DNA of 64,000 nt from Candidatus Moraniibacteriota bacterium (lineage in GTDB: Bacteria > Patescibacteriota > Minisyncoccia > Moranbacterales > UBA1568), in NCBI GenBank assembly GCA_023261645.1, contig JAHFOO010000001.1:181047-245046 (forward strand), in the 5' to 3' direction. Below, piece by piece: positions 17,507-27,725 of the stretch (positions are counted from its first letter, which is position 1; each line of letters opens with the position of its first letter). The notes under the pieces are model-generated. The model did not search any database, was not told where the DNA came from, and was given only the letters and a program-made list of their open reading frames with translations. The position numbers and the translations under genes are program-made.

Positions 17507-18049
17507 ATGGTAAAGCAAGGAAAAAAAATGGGGAGACGCGAAAAGCCAGAGTTTGATCAGAAACTCCTCAATTTGGCTCGTGTCACACGTGTCGTGAAGG
17601 GTGGTCGCCGTTTCCGTTTTCGTGCTACTCTCGTTATCGGAAATCGCAAAGGCAAGGTAGGTGTGGGTGTCGCGAAAGGATCAGATGTTTCTGATGCTAT
17701 CCAGAAAGCTTTCAATGATGCGAAAAAGAATATGGTAACCATCGAGCTTTCCGGTTCCACCATTTCTCATGATGTGTTGGCGAAACTCGGGAGTGCTCGG
17801 GTACTTCTCAAACCAGCTTCCGAAGGACGGGGTATCATCGCCGGAGGAGCTGTCCGTTCTGTAGTGAACTTACTTGGTGTGAAAGATATCGTTTCCAAAT
17901 CTCTCGGTGCTTCCAATCCTCTCAATGTCGCACGCGTTACTGTGAAAGCGCTCCTTATGCTGAAAGCTCCTCGTGTTCCGAAGGCAGTCAAAGCGACATC
18001 AGAAAATGTCGTCTCAAGCGAAGTCGAAGGAGCTCACAGTACTAAATAA
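17507..18049 (+). CDS. rpsE: 30S ribosomal protein S5
   Basis: VTRVVKGGRRFRFRATLVIGN ... conserved S5 dsRBD and C-terminal domain. Confidence 0.94.
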   Translation: MVKQGKKMGRREKPEFDQKLLNLARVTRVVKGGRRFRFRATLVIGNRKGKVGVGVAKGSDVSDAIQKAFNDAKKNMVTIELSGSTISHDVLAKLGSARVLLKPASEGRGIIAGGAVRSVVNLLGVKDIVSKSLGASNPLNVARVTVKALLMLKAPRVPKAVKATSENVVSSEVEGAHSTK

Positions 18050-18067
18050 ACTCTTGAAAGATCGATT

Positions 18068-18493
18068 ATGCAAATTCATCAACTCACTGTTACGAAGAAG
18101 AAATCACGTAAGCGTATCGGACGCGGTGGTAAGCGTGGTACGACCGCCGGTCGCGGAAGCAATGGACAGAAATCACGTTCGGGTGCTTCTGTTGATCCTC
18201 TTTTCGAAGGTGGTCGTTCGACATTTCTCGAGCGTTTGAAAAAAGTACGCGGATTCAAATCGATCCATCAGAAGAAATGCGTTATCAAACTTTCAGCGAT
18301 TGAGAATGCTTACACGAACGGTGAAACTGTTTCGATTGTTACTCTGATCGAGAAAAAACTCGCACCGAAGACAGCGCTTGCTCGCGGTGTGAAAATCGTC
18401 GCTACAGGGGAACTCAAGAAAAAACTTACTTTGGACAAAGATGTCACCGCTTCAGAGAAGGCACGGGTTTCCTTCCAAAAAATCACCGAATAA
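18068..18493 (+). CDS. rplO: 50S ribosomal protein L15
   Basis: Gly/Arg-rich N-terminus (KRIGRGGKRGTTAGRGSNGQ) typical of L15. It follows rpsE after an 18-nt gap, leaving no room for an L30 gene. Confidence 0.92.
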   Translation: MQIHQLTVTKKKSRKRIGRGGKRGTTAGRGSNGQKSRSGASVDPLFEGGRSTFLERLKKVRGFKSIHQKKCVIKLSAIENAYTNGETVSIVTLIEKKLAPKTALARGVKIVATGELKKKLTLDKDVTASEKARVSFQKITE

Positions 18494-18687
18494 GATGTAT
18501 TTTGAAATGTGTTTTTGTGGTAGCATTCAAGCACAAGCACACCTGTTGTGAAATGTATTCCGATTGGATATACTGCTTATTATCGAATGCGGTGCTGGCT
18601 CGTTTTGAATCGAGGCGAGTAAAATCGGGTAGATGGCCCTTATTATCAGGATTGCAGAGCGTCTAAAGAAAATTATTTTTTTCTGCC

Positions 18688-19959
18688 ATGCGTGAAACCT
18701 TTTTGAATATTTTTCGAATAAAGGACCTTCGGAACAAGATATTTTTTATTCTTGGTCTGCTGGTTGTTTATCGGATAGCTGCCAATATCCCTCTTCCAGG
18801 AGTGGATGTTTTGGCTTTAAAAAAACTTTTCGAGGAGAATGCTTTTCTCGGCCTACTCAATGTTTTCTCTGGTGGCGGGCTTTCGAATATTTCTATTGTT
18901 CTCTTGGGTGTCGCTCCATATATCACCGCTTCTATCATTATGCAGCTTCTGACGACGATTGTTCCGACACTGGAGCGTTTGTACAAAGAGGAGGGGGAAC
19001 AAGGACGGCAGAAATTCAATATGTGGACACGCTGGATCACGCTTCCTCTGGCAGCCCTTCAATCTTTCAGTATGCTTTCCCTTCTTCGCTCACAGAATAT
19101 TCTGGGTGATATCACACCGTTCAATATGGCAGTGATCATCATCAGTGCGACAGCCGGAACTATTTTTCTTATGTGGCTCGGTGAACTTATTACTGAGAAG
19201 GGCTTGGGAAACGGAGTCTCTATCATTATTTTTGCCGGTATCGTTTCAAGTATGCCGACAGGCATTTCACGTTTCATAGCGACGTGGGATCCAGCGCAGA
19301 TTTTCACGTATTTTCTTTTTGTTCTCGTCGCTGCCATCACTGTCGCCGGTGTGATTTTTGTGAATGAGGGTCAGCGAACCATACCTGTCGCGTATGCGAA
19401 ACGTGTTCATGGAGCGCAGTCGTACGGTGGCTCAGCCACTCATCTGCCACTTCGAGTGAATCAGGCAGGTGTCATTCCTATTATTTTTGCGGTATCCCTT
19501 ATCCTTATTCCGACAATGGTAGCCAACTTTCTCGCACAAAGCAGTCACACAAAAATTGCCGGTATGGCACTTTCTGTGAGTGCCTGGCTTCAGAATCAGT
19601 GGGTATACGGATTACTTTATTTTTTCTTAGTGGTCATTTTCACCTATTTTTATACTGCAGTGGTGTTTGATCCGGTGAAGATTTCAGAGAATCTCCAAAA
19701 ACAAGGCGGGTATATCCCCGGTATTCGTCCCGGCAATACGACAGCGGAATATCTTTACCATATCATCAATCGCATCACTTTGGCCGGTGCTTTCTTTTTG
19801 GGTTCTATCGCTGTATTACCTTTCATCATAAAGGGAATAACCGGTATTCAATCTTTCTCTATCGGTGGCGTGAGTATTCTCATCGTCGTATCAGTAGTCC
19901 TTGAAACGGTGAAGCATATTCAGAGCCAACTGACGATGCGAAGTTATGAATCGTTCTAA
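18688..19959 (+). CDS. secY: preprotein translocase subunit SecY
   Basis: 423 aa, 10 TM segments, conserved SecY sequence. Confidence 0.95.
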   Translation: MRETFLNIFRIKDLRNKIFFILGLLVVYRIAANIPLPGVDVLALKKLFEENAFLGLLNVFSGGGLSNISIVLLGVAPYITASIIMQLLTTIVPTLERLYKEEGEQGRQKFNMWTRWITLPLAALQSFSMLSLLRSQNILGDITPFNMAVIIISATAGTIFLMWLGELITEKGLGNGVSIIIFAGIVSSMPTGISRFIATWDPAQIFTYFLFVLVAAITVAGVIFVNEGQRTIPVAYAKRVHGAQSYGGSATHLPLRVNQAGVIPIIFAVSLILIPTMVANFLAQSSHTKIAGMALSVSAWLQNQWVYGLLYFFLVVIFTYFYTAVVFDPVKISENLQKQGGYIPGIRPGNTTAEYLYHIINRITLAGAFFLGSIAVLPFIIKGITGIQSFSIGGVSILIVVSVVLETVKHIQSQLTMRSYESF

Positions 19960-19970
19960 CAGAAAAAACA

Positions 19971-20633
19971 ATGCCTCTCAAAGATACATATATCCTTCTT
20001 GGTTCAGCTGGTAGCGGGAAAAGCACTCAAGCCGAGCTTTTGAAAAGTTCGCTCCATCTCTCCCATATCGATATTGGTGGAGAACTGCGAGCAGTGGCTT
20101 CTCAGAACACATCTCTCGGTCGTCAAGTAAACGATATCATCAATATAAAACACGAATTCGTACCGGATGATGTCGTTTTTGCCGTTTTGACCGATGCTGT
20201 TTTATCTGTTCCTGAAACAGTCGGACTTTTGATTGACGGTATCCCTCGAAGAGAAAGTCAAATAGAAAAAGTACTAGATGTACTGGAAAAATCAAATCGA
20301 TCACTCAATAAGGTTATTTTTATTGATGTGCCTGCGACTGTATCAGTGGAACGTATTTCGAAACGATATGCCTGTCAGGGGTGCAAACGGACATATATTT
20401 TGGGAAAAAATCTGATTGATGCAGAGAAACCGTGTCGTTATTGCAGTGGACATATCGCTCAACGAGCGGATGATACCGAAGAGGGTGTAAGAAAGCGTCA
20501 TCAGATTTTTCAGGAAGAAACATTGCCCGTAGTGAAATATTTCGAAGAAACAGGCCAATTGCTTCGTATCGATGGTGATCAAGAAACATACAAAGTTTTT
20601 CAAGCTATTCTCAAATATGTCCGCCCCGAATAA
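19971..20633 (+). CDS. adk: adenylate kinase with a zinc-finger LID (four Cys)
   Basis: GSAGSGKSTQ P-loop; CQGCKRTY ... CRYCSGH. Confidence 0.93.
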   Translation: MPLKDTYILLGSAGSGKSTQAELLKSSLHLSHIDIGGELRAVASQNTSLGRQVNDIINIKHEFVPDDVVFAVLTDAVLSVPETVGLLIDGIPRRESQIEKVLDVLEKSNRSLNKVIFIDVPATVSVERISKRYACQGCKRTYILGKNLIDAEKPCRYCSGHIAQRADDTEEGVRKRHQIFQEETLPVVKYFEETGQLLRIDGDQETYKVFQAILKYVRPE

Positions 20634-20645
20634 CGAAGCATCCGT

Positions 20646-21440
20646 ATGAAGCAGAGACACGAAATGACAGAAAAGGATTGGATCAAGACCCCGGATGAAA
20701 TAAGGCGTCTCCGCCTCTCGTGTCAGAATATGGCGCGTATTTTGGAGACGGTTATAGAGACAGTCAAACCAGGAGTGACTACGTTTGATGTTGATGCTCT
20801 TGCTGAACGTCTCATTCGTGAAATCGGGGGTACCCCCATTTTCAAAGGATATAATCCCGGAGGAGGGCGTCCATTTCCTGCTACGCTTTGTGCTTCTCTT
20901 AACAACGAAGTTGTCCATGGTATTCCAAGCAAAGAACGGATCATCAAAGAAGGTGATTTGTTCAAAATAGATATCGGAATGCGGTTTGAAGGAATGGTTT
21001 CTGATATGGCCCGTACTTTGATGGTTGGTACCGTTTCTTCATTGGCGGAAAAATTGACGGCGGTTACAAAAGAGTCTTTGGAAAGGGGTATAGCAGAACT
21101 TCGTCCCGGTGCGCATATCTCGGCCTATGCCAAAGCGGTACAAGGGTTCGTCGAAGAAAGTGGCTTCTCTGTCGTGCGTGATCTTGTCGGTCATGGTGTC
21201 GGTCGAGAACTCCACGAAGATCCGCAGGTGCCGAATTATGTTTCTCGCCGTATGGATGACTTCATCTTGAAAAAAGGAATGACACTGGCTCTCGAACCGA
21301 TGATCAATGCAGGAACATTCGCCGTCTCTATCGATTCTGATGATTGGACATTCATTACAGCCGATGGCAATCTCTCTGCTCACTTCGAAGACACGGTAGT
21401 CATCACGGATAATGGTGCGGAGATACTGACGAGAATATAA
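20646..21440 (+). CDS. map: type I methionine aminopeptidase
   Basis: Conserved metal ligands in pita-bread fold context (VVHGIP, DIGMRFEGMVSDMART, GHGVGRELHE). Confidence 0.93.
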   Translation: MKQRHEMTEKDWIKTPDEIRRLRLSCQNMARILETVIETVKPGVTTFDVDALAERLIREIGGTPIFKGYNPGGGRPFPATLCASLNNEVVHGIPSKERIIKEGDLFKIDIGMRFEGMVSDMARTLMVGTVSSLAEKLTAVTKESLERGIAELRPGAHISAYAKAVQGFVEESGFSVVRDLVGHGVGRELHEDPQVPNYVSRRMDDFILKKGMTLALEPMINAGTFAVSIDSDDWTFITADGNLSAHFEDTVVITDNGAEILTRI

Positions 21441-21509
21441 TTTTCTGGAGTATTTTTTGTAATTTTGAGGAATTGTTTCTTTCATCCGGTTTCTCTCGGC
21501 CACATATCT

Positions 21510-21914
21510 ATGGATAAAAAAAATTATTTAGGGATAGATTGGGGTGCCACGAATATCGGGGTAGCTTTGGCGCATAATGAAACAGGTGTAGCCCTTCCAT
21601 ACGCTACGTTTCCGAATAACAGAGATATCGTGACCGCTTTAGGGAAAATTATTACGACCGAAGGTATCGGTACGGTAGTTATTGGAGTGCCGAATTATCA
21701 TCATAAAGAAGAAGCTGAACATCCTGGAGGAACGCTTGGTAAGCTTCTGGCGGAGCATTTTTCGGTACGCGTAGAATATCAAAACGAGATGTTCACTACC
21801 AAAATAGCTCAGACTAATCTTCTTGAACAAGGAATCAGGCATTCTTCGAAGAATAACGATGAAGAGGCAGCACGGATAATTCTGCAGGAATGGCTGGCGA
21901 AAAAGGAACAGTAG
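21510..21914 (+). CDS. ruvX: Holliday junction resolvase-like protein RuvX/YqgF
   Basis: YLGIDWGATNIGVALAH RNase H-like N-terminus; ATG 21510 preferred over the upstream extension. Confidence 0.85.
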   Translation: MDKKNYLGIDWGATNIGVALAHNETGVALPYATFPNNRDIVTALGKIITTEGIGTVVIGVPNYHHKEEAEHPGGTLGKLLAEHFSVRVEYQNEMFTTKIAQTNLLEQGIRHSSKNNDEEAARIILQEWLAKKEQ

Positions 21915-22015
21915 ATGGTGGTAGAAAACATTGAAGAAGTATACTCTTTTAGGTGTGTGTGATTTCTGTTGTTTTGTGTTACAATAATGGTGTAATTCGT
22001 GAATTTTCGTGCCGT

Positions 22016-22780
22016 ATGGAGCAACTGTTTCTCTCGGTGGTTATCCCTGCTTATAAAGAGGGGGAACGCATCGGACGCAATCTATTGGAAATAGATCAAT
22101 ACCTCAAAGGAAAGAATTATACATACGAAATCATCATTGTTGTTGACGGATCTCCGGACAATACTGCAGAAGTGGCTCGCAACTATGCTTTGCAAATTCC
22201 TCATGTGCGTGTCATTGAAAACAAGGAAAATCACGGAAAGGGGTATGTTGTACGTCAGGGATTACTTGAAGCGACCGGAAAATGGAGACTGTTTCTTGAT
22301 GCGGATGGATCGACATCTATCACTCACCTCGATTCTTTTTCGGCAGAGCTTGAATCCGGTTATGACGTCATCATCGGTTCACGGAAGATTGAGGGCTCGT
22401 TCCTTCAGGTGCACCAACCGAAATATCGCGAGATTATGGGCGAGGGTGGGAATTGGCTCATTCGTATCATTCTCGGATTGTGGAGTTATCCTGATACGCA
22501 GTGCGGATTCAAAGTGCTGTCAGGTGTTGCTGCAGAAGAGGTGGCGAGCAGGATGGTAGTTGATCGTTTCGGGTTCGATTTCGAGCTTGTCGTTCTTTCT
22601 TTGAAACTCGGTTTCAAGGTGAAACAGATGCCGGTACGTTGGATGAATGAAGAGGGGTCTACGGTGAAATTGACGGGACCGAATGGTTTCATTCAAGTGC
22701 TGATTGATTTGTTCAAAACAAAATGGCGTCTCATTACCGGGGTATATCATATTGGTGAATATACGAAAAGAAAGCAATAG
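22016..22780 (+). CDS. family 2 glycosyltransferase (polyprenyl-phosphate hexosyltransferase-like, DPM1/GtrB-like)
   Basis: LSVVIPAYKEGERI ... IIIVVDGSPDNT ... DADGS motif set of GT2. Confidence 0.82.
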   Translation: MEQLFLSVVIPAYKEGERIGRNLLEIDQYLKGKNYTYEIIIVVDGSPDNTAEVARNYALQIPHVRVIENKENHGKGYVVRQGLLEATGKWRLFLDADGSTSITHLDSFSAELESGYDVIIGSRKIEGSFLQVHQPKYREIMGEGGNWLIRIILGLWSYPDTQCGFKVLSGVAAEEVASRMVVDRFGFDFELVVLSLKLGFKVKQMPVRWMNEEGSTVKLTGPNGFIQVLIDLFKTKWRLITGVYHIGEYTKRKQ

Positions 22781-22842
22781 TGACAAAAGATGCGATTGTA
22801 TTTTATTGTATCTCCCATAACAAACAGAAAAATTCAAAACAA

Positions 22843-23874
22843 ATGTCTTCAAGTGAAATTGAAAAAAAGAAGAAAGCTCTTTCATATGGATCAGAACTCC
22901 GTCAGGATATCGTGACGGGCGACTGGGTGGTGATCGCAACTGGACGAGCGAAACGTCCGCAAGAATTTGCGCAGTCTGAACGTGCTATCTCGGATGAGAC
23001 CAATGACCCGTTTGAGAATCCAGCAGAAAGCGGTCAGGAACCGGATACTCTTATTTATCGTCGCCAAGACGGAGAGTGGAGTTTGCGTGTTTTCCCAAAC
23101 AAATACCCCGCATTCTCATCCGGCCGAAAGGTGCGTGAAATCTCAGACGGGCCATATTTTGCTATGACAAGCACTGGCTATCATGAAATCATCGTCACGC
23201 GGGATGCCAAGAAATCACTAGGGTTGCTTTCTGTTTGGCAAGTGGCTGAAGTATTCGATGCCTACCAGGAACGTTACTTGGAGCTGATGAACAAGAAAAG
23301 TGTCAACTATATTCAGATATTTCATAATCACGGGAAAGAATCTGGCGCATCGATCTCTCATCCTCATTCGCAGTTGTTGGCGATCCCGGTGATTTCCCCG
23401 TACATACAGTTGGAGCTCCAGGGAGCAAAACGATATTATCGTAGCAACAAGCAAAAGGTATACGGTATCATGACAGAATACGAAGGTGAATCAAAGAAAA
23501 GAGTATTGTATGAGAACGAACATTTTATCGCATTTTGCCCCTTCGCATCGAGAGTGGCTTTTGAGATTTGGGTGGTAGGAAAACGAGCCAATCCCTATTT
23601 TGAACGGATTACCGACGAGGAAAAATTTGCTCTTGCGGAAGTGATGCAAAAGGCTCTCTTCGCACTGTATCAGGGGTTGAACAATCCTCCTTATAATTTT
23701 TATATACATACGGCGCCCTGCGATGGAAAGGATTATCCTGAGTATCAATGGCATATCGAAATCCTACCACACACGGCTACGTGGGGTGGTTTCGAATTTT
23801 CGACCGGCATAGAAATCTCCACCATAGAGCCGGAAACAGCAGCCCTTTATCTACGGGAACAACTTGATAAATAA
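22843..23874 (+). CDS. galT: galactose-1-phosphate uridylyltransferase (HIT family)
   Basis: GDWVVIATGRAKRPQ and SISHPHSQLLAIP (HxHxQ) motifs. ATG 22843 chosen; the ORF track starts at a GTG at 22780. Confidence 0.85.
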   Translation: MSSSEIEKKKKALSYGSELRQDIVTGDWVVIATGRAKRPQEFAQSERAISDETNDPFENPAESGQEPDTLIYRRQDGEWSLRVFPNKYPAFSSGRKVREISDGPYFAMTSTGYHEIIVTRDAKKSLGLLSVWQVAEVFDAYQERYLELMNKKSVNYIQIFHNHGKESGASISHPHSQLLAIPVISPYIQLELQGAKRYYRSNKQKVYGIMTEYEGESKKRVLYENEHFIAFCPFASRVAFEIWVVGKRANPYFERITDEEKFALAEVMQKALFALYQGLNNPPYNFYIHTAPCDGKDYPEYQWHIEILPHTATWGGFEFSTGIEISTIEPETAALYLREQLDK

Positions 23875-23892
23875 ATTGCGAAAGAGCGGAAT

Positions 23893-24684
23893 ATGCAGAA
23901 ATTTTATGTCGTGGGGAATTTGAAAATGAATATGTCGTCACGCGAAGAAGTGTCGCAGTATCTGACAGTCCTTCATCGTGAGGCAGGACAGAAAGCATAT
24001 GAACACGTACTCGGTATCATCTGCCCGTCATTCGTGTATTTGGCACAATTTGACGCCTTACCAAAGGGTATAAAAAAAGGAGCACAAAATCTTTTCCCGG
24101 AAAAGATAGGTGCGTACACGGGGGAGATTTCTCCGGTGATGCTGAAGGATGATGGAGTAGAATATGTCATTGTCGGTCACAGTGAGCGGAGACGATATGC
24201 AGGTGAGACTGACGAGATAGTCTGTGAGAAGACTCTGGCCACTCTCAAATATTATATGACACCCATCGTGTGTATAGGAGAGACAGAAGAGAAACGGCAA
24301 GCAGGAGAGACAGAGGATGTTCTTTCTTCACAGCTTCGCACGATTTTCTCGGATCTTTCAAAATTACAGGCGGAAAAAATTATCATAGCTTATGAACCGC
24401 TCTGGGCAATCGGAACGGACGTCGTACCGACTACGGAGGAACTTTTCCGAGTGAGGGTGTTTTTGAGAAAATTTTTCACAGAAATGTTTGATTCGCAGAC
24501 AGCAGAAAGGATTGCCGTTCTTTATGGAGGATCAGTGAAAAGTACTCTTCTCGGATCGGTTTCATGGGAAGCTGAGATGGATGGAGTATTAGTTGGAAGG
24601 GAAAGTCTTTTTCCGTATGAATTGATAAAAATGATGGGACTTTTCGAAGAAGAGGCCAAACGAAAACAAAACGAAAGAGAATAA
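23893..24684 (+). CDS. tpiA: triosephosphate isomerase
   Basis: VVGNLKMN, IVGHSERR, catalytic Glu region YEPLWAIGT. Confidence 0.93.
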   Translation: MQKFYVVGNLKMNMSSREEVSQYLTVLHREAGQKAYEHVLGIICPSFVYLAQFDALPKGIKKGAQNLFPEKIGAYTGEISPVMLKDDGVEYVIVGHSERRRYAGETDEIVCEKTLATLKYYMTPIVCIGETEEKRQAGETEDVLSSQLRTIFSDLSKLQAEKIIIAYEPLWAIGTDVVPTTEELFRVRVFLRKFFTEMFDSQTAERIAVLYGGSVKSTLLGSVSWEAEMDGVLVGRESLFPYELIKMMGLFEEEAKRKQNERE

Positions 24685-24724
24685 TTTTTTGGAGAAGATA
24701 ATTTCGTATAATACACTTTCTGAT

Positions 24725-25582
24725 ATGTTGGTGAATGTAAAAACAATGCTCGAAGAAGCGAAGGAAGGAAAGTACGCCGTGGGAGCTTTTAATACAGTAA
24801 ATTTGGAAACAACGCGTGCTATTATCGAGGCTGCCAAAGAACTCTCCTCTCCCGTCATCGTTCAGCTGACGGAAAAAACATTTGATTATGCCGGAGGTCG
24901 GGCGATTTTCCATCTGATCAAGAATATTGCAGAATTTTACGCGAAAGATATTCCAATTGGAATTCATCTCGATCATGGCAAAAATTTTGAAATCGTGGAA
25001 CGTGCTATGGATATCGGATTCACATCAGTGATGTATGACGGGTCACGCAAAGAATATGCTGATAACCTCGCTGCAACCAAGAAGATCGTCAAAATTGCTC
25101 ACGGACGCGGTGTCGTCGTACAAGCAGAATTGGGCAATGTACCTTATTTGGGCGAGGTGCAGATGGAGAACATCGATTGGGAGAAATATATGACAAATCC
25201 AGATCAGGCAGTGCAGTTCACAGAAGAAACAGGTATTGATACGCTCGCTGTAGCCATCGGCAATGCTCATGGGTTCTTCCGTGAACGTGGTGAACCGGAT
25301 TATGAGCGGTTATCTTCCATTGCAGAACGTGTACACATACCGCTTGTGATGCATGGAGCCTCTGATTGGCATAACGGTCGCGTGGTAGAAGTGATTGGTC
25401 GAGGAATCAGCTGTTTCAATGTCGATACGGCTCTCCGTATGGCATTTATCGGTGGGTTACGCGGAGCTCTTCTTTCCGAAGAAGAGACGGATTTACGGAA
25501 GATACTGACCCAAGCCAAAGAACGTACCAAGGTAGCCGTCAAGGAGAAAATTCTCGCCTTCGGAAGCGCGGGAAAAGCGTAA
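24725..25582 (+). CDS. fba: class II fructose-bisphosphate aldolase
   Basis: GKYAVGAFN, IHLDHG, MHGASD motifs; ATG 24725 preferred (the ORF track starts at a TTG at 24689). Confidence 0.9.
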   Translation: MLVNVKTMLEEAKEGKYAVGAFNTVNLETTRAIIEAAKELSSPVIVQLTEKTFDYAGGRAIFHLIKNIAEFYAKDIPIGIHLDHGKNFEIVERAMDIGFTSVMYDGSRKEYADNLAATKKIVKIAHGRGVVVQAELGNVPYLGEVQMENIDWEKYMTNPDQAVQFTEETGIDTLAVAIGNAHGFFRERGEPDYERLSSIAERVHIPLVMHGASDWHNGRVVEVIGRGISCFNVDTALRMAFIGGLRGALLSEEETDLRKILTQAKERTKVAVKEKILAFGSAGKA

Positions 25583-25602
25583 ATCAAAAATAAAAAAAGA
25601 AT

Positions 25603-26601
25603 ATGAAAAGAATAGCGATAAATGGGTTTGGACGGATCGGTCGGGCGGCTTTCAAAATCGCCCTTGAAAAAGAAGACATCGAGATAGTGGCCATCAACGA
25701 TCTCACTCGTGCGGATATTCTTGCACATCTTTTGAAATATGACACCGCATATGGACGTTATCGGAAATCAGTGACTGTGGATGATGGGGAACTGATTGTT
25801 GAAGGAAAAGCATTTCCCGTGTATGCACAGGCAGATCCCAAGAAACTTCCTTGGGGAGAACTTTCGGTAGATGTAGTGCTCGAGTGTACAGGACGCTTCA
25901 CTGACAAAGCATCTGCTGGGCAACATATCGAGGCTGGGGCAAAGAGAGTGATTCTTTCCGCTCCATCAAAAGGGGATGATGATGCTGTGCCGACATTCCT
26001 TATGGGTGTCAATGAGGATCAATACGTAAGCGAAGGAGTCGTCTCAAATGCTTCATGCACGACCAATTCATTAGCTCCTGTGGCACAGGTACTGGACGAG
26101 AATTTTGGCATCAAGAAGGCTCTTATGACAACCGTCCACTCGTATACGAGCGATCAGAATATCCAGGATGGTCCGCACAATGATTTGCGTCGTGCTAGGG
26201 CTGCTGCACAAAATATCGTACCGACGACGACTGGAGCTGCACGAGCGGTGACACAAGTGATTCCGAAACTCGAGGGTCTTTTCGATGGTATTTCTATACG
26301 TGTGCCAACGATCGTCGTGTCGCTCTCGGATTGTACTTTCCTCCTGAAACGCAAAACGACGAAAGAAGAGATCAATCAGGTATTGAAAGATGCGGCACAA
26401 TCGGGACGGTATCGAAGAGTCCTGGCTGTTTCGGAAGAACCACTTGTATCGTCGGATTTTATTGGTGATCCTCATTCGAGCACCGTCGATCTCTCACTGA
26501 CCAAAGTGGTGGATGGCGATCTCGTGAAAGTCATCGCGTGGTATGATAACGAATGGGGTTACTCGAATCGTCTTGTAGAAATGGCAGAGCTTATCGGATA
26601 A
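25603..26601 (+). CDS. gap: glyceraldehyde-3-phosphate dehydrogenase
   Basis: INGFGRIGR Rossmann N-terminus; ASCTTNSLAP catalytic Cys region. Confidence 0.95.
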   Translation: MKRIAINGFGRIGRAAFKIALEKEDIEIVAINDLTRADILAHLLKYDTAYGRYRKSVTVDDGELIVEGKAFPVYAQADPKKLPWGELSVDVVLECTGRFTDKASAGQHIEAGAKRVILSAPSKGDDDAVPTFLMGVNEDQYVSEGVVSNASCTTNSLAPVAQVLDENFGIKKALMTTVHSYTSDQNIQDGPHNDLRRARAAAQNIVPTTTGAARAVTQVIPKLEGLFDGISIRVPTIVVSLSDCTFLLKRKTTKEEINQVLKDAAQSGRYRRVLAVSEEPLVSSDFIGDPHSSTVDLSLTKVVDGDLVKVIAWYDNEWGYSNRLVEMAELIG

Positions 26602-26620
26602 TCTATTTTTCGAAAGAAGT

Positions 26621-27700
26621 ATGGAAAAAACAATACAGACACAAAATGGCCCTGAAGAAAATAAGAAGCGATTGCAAGAAATCGCCGGTATGCAGTTCGG
26701 CGCTCTTTCAGATGATGAAATTCTCCGTTTTTTGGCTGAACGTAAGCATCTTTTTGACAGAGAACGGGAGTATGAAAAAATACAGGAAGAAGAGGCTATC
26801 CGTTTGGAACAAAAAAAGAAAGAAGAAGAAAATCTGAAAAGAGCGGAAAAAAAGAAATCGGCGATAATGCAGAAAATCGATGGACTGAATGAATCCATTT
26901 CCCCCGACAAAAAAGATGATGACCTCTTGAATTTGATTGCAGAGCGGAAAGCGCTGGAGAAGGAATTGGAGGCACTTGAAAAGAAAACCGTTTTAACGGA
27001 AGAAAAAGACACATCAGTGGCTTATCCACATCCGCAAATTGAGAGAGAAGCCTCTCTCAAACAGAATACTCCAGAAAAAGAGTTACCGACGGGCATTCCT
27101 GAAGAGAAGAAGAATAGCGTCTCAAGTGTTGAACAAAAAAGAAAGATATTTGTTCCAGAGGATCGAGGAGTGGAGGGGATAAATGATGCTGGGATTGAAG
27201 AAAATAGCGAATTTCAGACATATCTGAGCCAACTGCGAGGTAATACTGGTTCTCTAGGAGAACTTCTCCAGGGGATGCCTCTTCGTGCCAAGAAAAATAA
27301 AGCTTTTATGCTCAAGGTGGCGGAGATAGATCCGGCTTATGCTATGCATTATGCAGACAATGAGACACTCAAGCACGATGAAGATTTCAATTTCCGTATC
27401 GCTTCTCTTGATAATCCACGCAATTCCGGAAATCCTCTCGTTGAGATGTTGCCTGAAGGAAGGACGTCAAAAGTACTTTTGGCAGCCGTGAAGCGGGATT
27501 ATCACAATGTCAGATTCATTCAGCCTGCTCTGGAAAATTACGATGAGATACTTGCTCTTGCAAAAAAGTCAGTATTGGAGAGAGTGAAAGATCTCAAAGA
27601 GGCGGTAGATGTTACCGTTATTGTTCCAAGATTACTCCAGCAGGACAAGCAATTTATGCTTCAGGTCAGTGAAATGATCGAACCGAAGAAAGAAAAATAA
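26621..27700 (+). CDS. hypothetical protein, N-terminal charged coiled-coil plus C-terminal DUF4116-like repeats
   Basis: EE/KK-rich coiled-coil region; C-terminal segments of the form LLAAVKRDYHNVRFIQPALENYDEIL resembling DUF4116 repeats (recognition from memory only). Confidence 0.6.
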   Translation: MEKTIQTQNGPEENKKRLQEIAGMQFGALSDDEILRFLAERKHLFDREREYEKIQEEEAIRLEQKKKEEENLKRAEKKKSAIMQKIDGLNESISPDKKDDDLLNLIAERKALEKELEALEKKTVLTEEKDTSVAYPHPQIEREASLKQNTPEKELPTGIPEEKKNSVSSVEQKRKIFVPEDRGVEGINDAGIEENSEFQTYLSQLRGNTGSLGELLQGMPLRAKKNKAFMLKVAEIDPAYAMHYADNETLKHDEDFNFRIASLDNPRNSGNPLVEMLPEGRTSKVLLAAVKRDYHNVRFIQPALENYDEILALAKKSVLERVKDLKEAVDVTVIVPRLLQQDKQFMLQVSEMIEPKKEK

Positions 27701-27725
27701 GCTCTTTAACAGATACGCGGAAGCT

